Source: Campylobacterales bacterium (GTDB lineage: Bacteria; Campylobacterota; Campylobacteria; Campylobacterales; QNZT01). From it: a DNA stretch of 64,000 bases. The DNA is taken from NCBI GenBank assembly GCA_016744895.1, contig JADGDK010000001.1:39463-103462 (forward strand), written 5' to 3'. The notes beneath the pieces are model-generated. The model did no database searches, was not told the DNA's origin, and was given only the letters and a program-made list of their open reading frames with translations. This document shows, piece by piece, positions 57,976 to 64,000 of the stretch. Each line of letters begins with the position of its first letter. Position 1 is the first letter of the stretch. The position numbers and the translations under genes are program-made.

Positions 57976-59238
57976 ATGGATTATTTAGAGATCGAAGGTG
58001 ACAACACACTAAGTGGAGCAATTAAAATAGATGGCGCAAAAAACGCAGCACTTCCTCTACTTGCATCAACAATTCTTTTTAAAAATGAAGTCACTATAGA
58101 TAATCTTCCTCGTGTAAATGATGTCTTTACGATGTTAAAATTACTTGAGAACTTAGGTGCGACTACAAGCTTTGAAGAAAACTCTGCAAAAATCAATGCT
58201 TCCTCTATTACAAATACTACAGCGATTTATGACATCGTTCGAAAGATGAGAGCTTCCATCTTAGTGCTTGGGCCTCTTCTGGCACGCTTTGGAGAATGTA
58301 AAGTTTCACTTCCAGGCGGTTGTGCTATCGGTCAGCGACCTATCGATCTACATTTAAAAGCACTGGAGATGATGGGTGCTGACATTGTTATTGAGCAAGG
58401 ATATGTCAGAGCAAGTGCACCACAAGGTCTTCAAGGAGCCACTATCGTTTTTGATAAAATTACGGTAACTGGAACTGAAAATATTGTTATGGCTGCAGCT
58501 TTAGCACATGGAGAAACAAAAATCATTAATGCAGCAAAAGAACCAGAAGTAGTACAGCTTTGTGAAGTTCTAAATGAAAACGGCATTAAAATAGAAGGAA
58601 TTGGAAGTGATGAATTAATCATCCAAGGAACAGCAGGTGCACTTATCGATGTGAAACAGATTCGTGTCATTCCTGATCGTATTGAGGCAGGCACTTATCT
58701 TTGTGCAGGTGCGATTACAAATAGTAAAATTACACTAGAAAATGTAAACCACACACACCTTTTTGCTATCATCTTAAAACTTCAAGAGATGGGATTTGAT
58801 TTTGATCTTAAAGAGAACTCTATCACTATAAAACCCGCATCAAAAATAAAAGGTGCTAAAATCACAACCAGTGAGTATCCAGGTTTTCCCACAGATATGC
58901 AAGCACAATTTATGGCGTTAGCACTTGTAGCAGATGGAGCAAGTAGTATCGATGAAAAACTATTTGAAAATCGTTTTATGCATGTAAGTGAACTTATAAG
59001 AATGGGAGCAAATATCATATTGAGTAATCATACGGCAATGGTTGAAGGGAAGAACCAACTCAATGGTGCAGATGTCATGGCAACAGATCTAAGAGCAAGT
59101 AGTGCATTAGTTTTAGCAGCACTTGTAGCAAATGGCACTACAAAAGTGCATCGTATTTATCATCTTGACCGTGGATATGTAGAATTAGAGAAAAAATTAC
59201 AACAACTCGGAGCAAAAATTAAACGTCTTAAAGAGTAA
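57976..59238 (+). CDS. murA: UDP-N-acetylglucosamine 1-carboxyvinyltransferase
   Basis: 420 aa. [27 protein letters not shown] (catalytic Cys)..FPTDMQAQ. Confidence 0.96.
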   Translation: MDYLEIEGDNTLSGAIKIDGAKNAALPLLASTILFKNEVTIDNLPRVNDVFTMLKLLENLGATTSFEENSAKINASSITNTTAIYDIVRKMRASILVLGPLLARFGECKVSLPGGCAIGQRPIDLHLKALEMMGADIVIEQGYVRASAPQGLQGATIVFDKITVTGTENIVMAAALAHGETKIINAAKEPEVVQLCEVLNENGIKIEGIGSDELIIQGTAGALIDVKQIRVIPDRIEAGTYLCAGAITNSKITLENVNHTHLFAIILKLQEMGFDFDLKENSITIKPASKIKGAKITTSEYPGFPTDMQAQFMALALVADGASSIDEKLFENRFMHVSELIRMGANIILSNHTAMVEGKNQLNGADVMATDLRASSALVLAALVANGTTKVHRIYHLDRGYVELEKKLQQLGAKIKRLKE

Positions 59239-59241
59239 ACC

Positions 59242-59808
59242 TTAAAGCTTTATAATCTTATCACTAGCCCATGTTGCTAAATCATCATCATGGGTTATAA
59301 GAAGAATACCCATATGATCCAAAAACTGCATCAATAATTTCATCACATCTAACTGAACCACATTATCAAGTGCAGAAGTGGGTTCATCTGCCAAAATTAA
59401 ATCAGCTTTCATCAAAAGTGCTCTCAAAATAGAACAACGCTGCAACTGGCCACCACTAAGCTCATGTGACTTTTTCTCTAAAAGGCTTGCATCTAAATCA
59501 AGCTTATCTAAATAAATTTCAATTCCTTCGATATCCGCTACCTCTTTGATTTGTGAGATGATGGAGTACGTAGGATGAAAAGAGCTATAAGGATCTTGGT
59601 AAATTTGAGCAATTTTGCTTTTTTCTATAGTTCCTTTTAGAGGGTTTAATACGCCAGTTATGAGTTCAAAAAGTGTACTTTTACCACTTCCACTTGCACC
59701 AACAATCGCAACCACTTCACCCTTTTTTAAAGAGAGGGAGAAATCCTTATATAAAAGTGGTCCCTCGTTGTATCCAAAGGTAAGGTTTTGTATCTCTAAA
59801 ATGTTCAA
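59242..59808 (-). CDS. Compact ABC transporter ATP-binding protein (Dpp/Opp/Nik-like)
   Basis: 188 aa. Walker A GASGSGKST, YQDPYSSFHP, signature LSGGQLQR, Walker B LILADEPTSALD. No permease gene adjacent. Confidence 0.7.
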   Translation of the reverse strand: MNILEIQNLTFGYNEGPLLYKDFSLSLKKGEVVAIVGASGSGKSTLFELITGVLNPLKGTIEKSKIAQIYQDPYSSFHPTYSIISQIKEVADIEGIEIYLDKLDLDASLLEKKSHELSGGQLQRCSILRALLMKADLILADEPTSALDNVVQLDVMKLLMQFLDHMGILLITHDDDLATWASDKIIKL

Positions 59809-61040
59809 GCGCGTGTCTGTCCATTTCCATACACTTTGTATTTGTATGTTGTAAGATCATTGATCCCCATAGGGCCTCTTGAGTGAAGCTTGTTGGTACT
59901 AATTCCAACCTCTGCACCAAATCCAAATTCACCACCATCTGTAAATTGTGTACTGGCATTGAGATACACACAAGCTGAATCAACACCATTTAAAAACTGC
60001 TCTGCAATGGTATAATTTTCAGTAATAATCGCATCTGAATGCCCTGACCCATACTTAGAGACATGTCCAATAGCCTCAGCAACATCATCAACTATTTTAA
60101 GAGATAAAATATTCTCCAGATACTCTGTATCAAAATCTTTTTCATCCGCTAAATGAACATCAATAATATCCCTACTCTTTTCACAACCTCTAAGTTCTGT
60201 ACCATGTGCATCAAACTCTGTTTTTAAAATAGGCAATATACTATCCGCAATATTTTTATGTACTAGTAGTGTCTCCATAGCACCACAAATTCCAACACGT
60301 CTACATTTTGCATTGATACTTACTTTTAGTGCTTTGTCAAAATCAGCATCTTCATCTATATAAGTATGACAGAGTCCTTTGTCATGTTTTACCACAGAAA
60401 CTGTTGCATTTTCACTCACATGACGAATAAGTCCCTCACCCCCTCTAGGAATAATTAAATCAACATATTTATCCTGCTTGATAAGATTGTTTACCCCTTC
60501 TCGTGAAGCGTCTGGAAGAAGCGATATCATCTCTTTTGGCAAATCATTGGCAATCAAAACATCTTGTAAAATAGAAGCAATAATTTCATTAGAGTTTTGT
60601 GCCTCTTTACCCCCTTTTAACACACACACATTTGAGCTTTTAAAACATAAAGCTGCTGTATCACTAGTCACATTTGGACGACTTTCATAGATAATACCAA
60701 TCACTCCAATTGGAACTGTGACTTTTTGAATATTTAATCCACTATCTACTTTCCAGCCCTCTAAAATACGGTTTACTGGCTCTTTAAGTCCTGCTATTTG
60801 TACAATTGAGTCTGCCATAGCAAAAATTCTTTTTTCATCTAAAAGTAGTCTATCTTGAAGTGCAGAAGATAAGTTATTTTCTTTGGCATAATTCATATCT
60901 TTTTGATTCTCTTTTTCAATACGTTCAAAGTTATTTCTTAATGCTTCAGCCATCTGAAGTAAAAGGGAATTTTTCACATTTGGATCTAATGCAGCACAAA
61001 TTGAACTTGCCTCTTTTGCTTTTTCTAGAAATATTTCCAT
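59805..61040 (-). CDS. proA: Glutamate-5-semialdehyde dehydrogenase
   Basis: GVIGIIYESRPNVT..PRGGEGLI..CGAMETLLV motifs. The ATG at 61040 has GGGAG upstream (the alternative ATG at 61052 adds 4 codons). Confidence 0.93.
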   Translation of the reverse strand: MEIFLEKAKEASSICAALDPNVKNSLLLQMAEALRNNFERIEKENQKDMNYAKENNLSSALQDRLLLDEKRIFAMADSIVQIAGLKEPVNRILEGWKVDSGLNIQKVTVPIGVIGIIYESRPNVTSDTAALCFKSSNVCVLKGGKEAQNSNEIIASILQDVLIANDLPKEMISLLPDASREGVNNLIKQDKYVDLIIPRGGEGLIRHVSENATVSVVKHDKGLCHTYIDEDADFDKALKVSINAKCRRVGICGAMETLLVHKNIADSILPILKTEFDAHGTELRGCEKSRDIIDVHLADEKDFDTEYLENILSLKIVDDVAEAIGHVSKYGSGHSDAIITENYTIAEQFLNGVDSACVYLNASTQFTDGGEFGFGAEVGISTNKLHSRGPMGINDLTTYKYKVYGNGQTRA

Positions 61041-61070
61041 ATAAACTCCCATACATTATTATTTTTAAAA

Positions 61071-61148
61071 AACTTCTTGCAAAACTACGACTAGAGGTTC
61101 AGACCAACTAAAAGATTTTTCCTCCTAGGAGTAGTTTAGTAAGAAGTT
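61071..61148. other. Long imperfect hairpin (17 of 18 bp outer stem) in the proA-rpmA divergent spacer
   Basis: AACTTCTTGCAAAACTAC (61071-61088) pairs with GTAGTTTAGTAAGAAGTT (61131-61148). An inner CTAGAGG/CCTCCTAG helix is possible. Lies upstream of the rpmA -35. Confidence 0.5.
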
Positions 61149-61170
61149 TAAATAAATTATATCAAAACTA

Positions 61171-61199
61171 TTGAAAACTTAAGTCAAATCTGATATAAT
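61171..61199 (+). promoter_or_regulatory. Sigma70-type promoter of rpmA
   Basis: TTGAAA-N17-TATAAT, ~38 nt upstream of the rpmA ATG. Confidence 0.65.
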
Positions 61200-61236
61200 C
61201 TCGCATTAAATTTTAGAAGCATACAAGGATTTCATA

Positions 61237-61497
61237 ATGGCACATAAGAAAGGTCAAGGTAGTACCCAGAATAATAGAGACTCACAAGGTCAACGGTTAG
61301 GTGTTAAAAAGTTTGGTGGAGAGTTCGTAAGAGCTGGTAACATCATCATTAGACAAAGAGGTACAAAAGTACATGTAGGTAGCAATGTTGGTATCGGTAA
61401 AGATCACACAATCTTTGCATTGGTAGACGGACATGTTGAGTTCAAAAAAATTGCTAAACAAAAAAACAAAGTTTCTGTAGTTCCAGTTTCTGCGTAA
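61237..61497 (+). CDS. rpmA: 50S ribosomal protein L27
   Basis: 86 aa. [37 protein letters not shown] canonical L27. Confidence 0.97.
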   Translation: MAHKKGQGSTQNNRDSQGQRLGVKKFGGEFVRAGNIIIRQRGTKVHVGSNVGIGKDHTIFALVDGHVEFKKIAKQKNKVSVVPVSA

Positions 61498-61513
61498 GTT
61501 TTACAATTAAAAA

Positions 61514-61548
61514 GGGGTTGGCTTCATTTGAGGCTAACCCCTTTTTTT
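61514..61548. terminator. Bidirectional intrinsic terminator (rpmA and the convergent kinase-like gene)
   Basis: GGGGTTGGCTT-CATTTG-AGGCTAACCCC followed by T7, with A5 on the other side. Confidence 0.75.
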
Positions 61549-62236
61549 ATGTCAAAAATTCTAACTTTCCCTGTTCTAAATCATCAAACCATTTCTTGTA
61601 TAAGACCTCATATATCTCTTTATAAAGTTCAAGCTTTTTAAAGTTAATTTTTTTCCCATAAGCTCTTAAAAAGTATTTTTCTTCTTGAACATTCAATCCA
61701 AACTCTTTACTCACTGTTGCCAAATCAAAATATTTATCACTCACTCCTGCATATTCCCAATCTATAAACTTCACGCGTACGCCAAAGAGTATATTTTTGA
61801 CATTGAGATCTCCATGAGATAACACCAACTCTTGTTTAAACATCTTTGCTTTACGCCTTACCTCTTTAGAAAATTGAATTGGTTTTTTTCTAAAATGTAT
61901 ACTATGGAGTTTTTTAACCGCTATAGCTAATGTTCTCATCTCTTTTTTAGAGAGCTTTTTTTTATGCACACCCTCAATAAATTCACCAACCATCATCTCT
62001 TCGTCAAGATAGAGTGCTCTAGCAGCAATCTTTTTTCTAGCTGCCAAATTTTGAATCTTATACTCTAATACCCTATCTCGATCTGCAAGTTTAAATTTTC
62101 GGACATGGTACTTCTTATTTTCATGCTTTAAAAGATAATTTAAATTACAATATCCTTGATTTGGGAGGAGTTGTAACTCCTTTTCACTAAAGTTGAGATA
62201 GTTGATTATTTTCCACCCTATATACCTTATCTGCAA
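61547..62236 (-). CDS. Phosphotransferase, choline/thiamine kinase-like (APH fold)
   Basis: 229 aa. LSHGDLNVKNILF and IDWEYAGVSDKYFDLA (Brenner and APH motifs). TTG start overlapping thiQ by 50 nt. Next to thiPQ. Confidence 0.65.
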   Translation of the reverse strand: MQIRYIGWKIINYLNFSEKELQLLPNQGYCNLNYLLKHENKKYHVRKFKLADRDRVLEYKIQNLAARKKIAARALYLDEEMMVGEFIEGVHKKKLSKKEMRTLAIAVKKLHSIHFRKKPIQFSKEVRRKAKMFKQELVLSHGDLNVKNILFGVRVKFIDWEYAGVSDKYFDLATVSKEFGLNVQEEKYFLRAYGKKINFKKLELYKEIYEVLYKKWFDDLEQGKLEFLT

Positions 62237-62828
62237 TTAAATCACAATCATTCTTATCATGGGTTACCATGATGGTATGCAAATACTTCTCTTTGGAGAT
62301 CTTTTTTACTAACGCTAACATCTGCATATGTGTCTCATAATCCAACCCCGTAAAAGGCTCATCAAGCAATAAAATAGGAGACTTTCGTATCAAAGCCCTA
62401 GCCAATGCCACACGCTGTTGTTGACCACCAGAGAGTGAAGAGGCTAATTTTTTTTCAAACTTTTCAAGTCCTACCTCTTTTAAAATATCTTTGACTTTAA
62501 CTTTCTCCTCATCTGTACTTTTTAAACGCTTACTCATGCCTAAAAGAATATTCTTCTCTACAGTTAAATGTTCAAATAAATTATGATTTTGAAAAAGTAT
62601 CGTTAAAGGTCGCTGCTCAACAGACAAATGGGTTAAAGAAATACCATCAAAGCCAATAGTACCACTTTGTGCACTGATAAATCCTGCGATCAAATCAAGT
62701 AACGTTGATTTGCCACTACCACTTTTTCCAAGAATGGCTACAATCTCTCCAGCATCAACGCTCATAGAAAAGTCATACAGTTCTTCACCATTGTGATACT
62801 CATAATGTAAATTATCAATCTCTAACAT
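62187..62828 (-). CDS. thiQ: Thiamine ABC transporter ATP-binding protein
   Basis: MLEIDNLHYEY..GKSGSGKSTLLDLIAGF..LSGGQQQRVALARAL..LLLDEPF, colinear with E. coli ThiQ and lacking a C-terminal regulatory domain. ATG at 62828 with GGGAG upstream. Confidence 0.8.
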   Translation of the reverse strand: MLEIDNLHYEYHNGEELYDFSMSVDAGEIVAILGKSGSGKSTLLDLIAGFISAQSGTIGFDGISLTHLSVEQRPLTILFQNHNLFEHLTVEKNILLGMSKRLKSTDEEKVKVKDILKEVGLEKFEKKLASSLSGGQQQRVALARALIRKSPILLLDEPFTGLDYETHMQMLALVKKISKEKYLHTIMVTHDKNDCDLIADKVYRVENNQLSQL

Positions 62829-64000
62829 CATCTCTCCCAAAAAGTCTAGGCAATAGTAAAAATGCTGCCAAAGTAATTACCAATAAAATTAGTGCAACCC
62901 CTGAAGCATCATTTGTTCTATAAGATCCCATTAACTGATATAAATACCATGGAAGTGTAGAGAAATCATCACTTCCAAATAGTGCAATAATACCTAAATC
63001 TCCCAACGAAAAGCAGAAAGAGAGTGCAAATACATACCCTAGTGTTACTCTTAAATAAGGAAATTCGCAATAAAACCATCTCTGTATTTTACTCAGCCCC
63101 AAAGAGAAAACCAACTTGTCATAACGCTTGGCAGTCTTTTGCATCGCAGGTGATAAAACTGAAAGTGCAAAAGGTAAAGACATCAAAATATTTGCAGTGA
63201 TTAAAGCTAATGTTGACCAAAATACAACGGGAGCTTCATAACGCTGAGAAAGAAGGAAAAAACCCAATCCCATAATAAGAGAAGGAATTGCAAGATAGAG
63301 GTTTCCAGAAAATGCAATAATAAGATTTAAAAACTTTGAAATTTTCTTTTCTCCTAAACGAAGACTTGAGGTAAAGTTTCGCCGTGTATCACTTAAAAGT
63401 AATGCGATAATTAGAGTCAAAATACTAGAAACTGTTGCTAATATTAGACTTGTCAAAAAAGATTTTATAAAGAGTGAATCAGAAAATATCTTTTTAAAAT
63501 CCGCACCTATACCATCAATAATTATTGCAATGAGAGGTGTCATAAAAAAGAGTGTAAATAATACAATTAAAACAATTTGAAAATATCTTACAGATTTAGT
63601 CTCATCCCATGGAATCAATCTTGAAGAAGTTTTTAAATTGTTTAAATTTGTACGTATGGTAGAGGACAAAAATACAAAAAGTGTAGAGACACTTAACTGA
63701 ATCAGTGCTAACTTCAAAGCCATAGAAATATCAAAATCTAATTTTACCGCTTCATAAATCGCAACTTCTAAAGTATTAAAAGCGGGACTTCCTCCCAAAA
63801 CTAACACAATAGCAAAGGAAGTAAAACATAAAAGAAAAATAGTAGAAGCAACACTTAGAAGTGTTCCCTTTATGGCTGGAAATTCTACATATTTAAAACG
63901 TTCAAATGTACTAAACTTTAAACTCTTTGCTAACTTATACTTCTCTCTTGGAATAGATTCAAAAGCATGTAGTAGTGCCCTTGAAGCAAAAGAGGCGTTG
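62815..64000 (-). CDS. thiP: Thiamine/iron-type ABC transporter permease, partial (N-terminus beyond window end)
   Basis: Hand translation shows the frame is open from 63807 to 64000 (..FERFKYVEFPAIKGTLLSVASTIFLLCFTSFAIVLVLGGSPAF..), so the track's GTG start is internal. Two-module ThiP-like permease. Confidence 0.75.
   Translation of the reverse strand, partial: NASFASRALLHAFESIPREKYKLAKSLKFSTFERFKYVEFPAIKGTLLSVASTIFLLCFTSFAIVLVLGGSPAFNTLEVAIYEAVKLDFDISMALKLALIQLSVSTLFVFLSSTIRTNLNNLKTSSRLIPWDETKSVRYFQIVLIVLFTLFFMTPLIAIIIDGIGADFKKIFSDSLFIKSFLTSLILATVSSILTLIIALLLSDTRRNFTSSLRLGEKKISKFLNLIIAFSGNLYLAIPSLIMGLGFFLLSQRYEAPVVFWSTLALITANILMSLPFALSVLSPAMQKTAKRYDKLVFSLGLSKIQRWFYCEFPYLRVTLGYVFALSFCFSLGDLGIIALFGSDDFSTLPWYLYQLMGSYRTNDASGVALILLVITLAAFLLLPRLFGRDDVRD

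Noticed and set aside
59747-59989. 80-aa minus-strand ORF bridging the ABC ATPase and proA genes
   Set aside because: It is an out-of-frame overlap with the 3' end of proA and the 5' end of the ABC gene, and its product has no motif.
1-64000. CRISPR arrays, rRNA genes, prophage or known defence operons
   Set aside because: I saw no regularly spaced direct repeats of 25-40 bp, no rRNA-like conserved stretches, and no phage structural, RM, Cas, Abi, retron-RT or similar genes in the ORF set. The only tandem repeats are in-frame protein repeats.

Overview
AT-rich (about one-third G+C by eye) chromosomal segment whose gene content and order are typical of Campylobacterota (Epsilonproteobacteria). 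The genus cannot be assigned from sequence alone. Positions 1-47.4 kb are an almost unbroken minus-strand block of housekeeping genes: a partial GIY-YIG nuclease gene, orphan pstS, valS (+), kbp, mogA, and a block that (from memory) resembles H. pylori HP0283-HP0287 (aroB, MscS-family channel, MtaB-like enzyme, protease-dead FtsH paralogue, small esterase). These are followed by hisD, fba, a PPIase, and a FIST sensor kinase plus atypical receiver protein next to ycjX-ycjF. Next comes a ~13.4 kb TCA-cycle supercluster (acnB, mltG, icd, mdh, fumC, sucCD, oorDABC), an OmpA-like protein, ftsK and flgL. The only clearly accessory DNA starts at tRNA-Leu(CAA) (47.9 kb): a ~9.3 kb decayed island with no integrase (48.0-57.35 kb), bounded by a direct repeat of the tRNA 3' end. 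The island holds three IS relics: an IS200/IS605 tnpA pseudogene, a 295-bp IS4-type remnant, and a 523-bp IS256-type deletion derivative with an 8-bp target duplication inside the right repeat. Its cargo is a ParE-type toxin-antitoxin pair and three secreted or lipoprotein genes, including a 1221-aa multi-repeat surface protein with an unrecognised N-terminal domain. Right of the island lie a CheY-like regulator, murA, a compact ABC ATPase, proA, rpmA and thiamine uptake genes (thiP runs off the window). I found no rRNA, no CRISPR array and no recognisable defence operon. Unexplained signals worth follow-up: a GC-rich structured element at 8.2 kb, a recurring GTTAC-type motif upstream of acnB, icd and pstS, an ftsK N-terminus with no canonical start codon, and several perfect palindromes in leaders.
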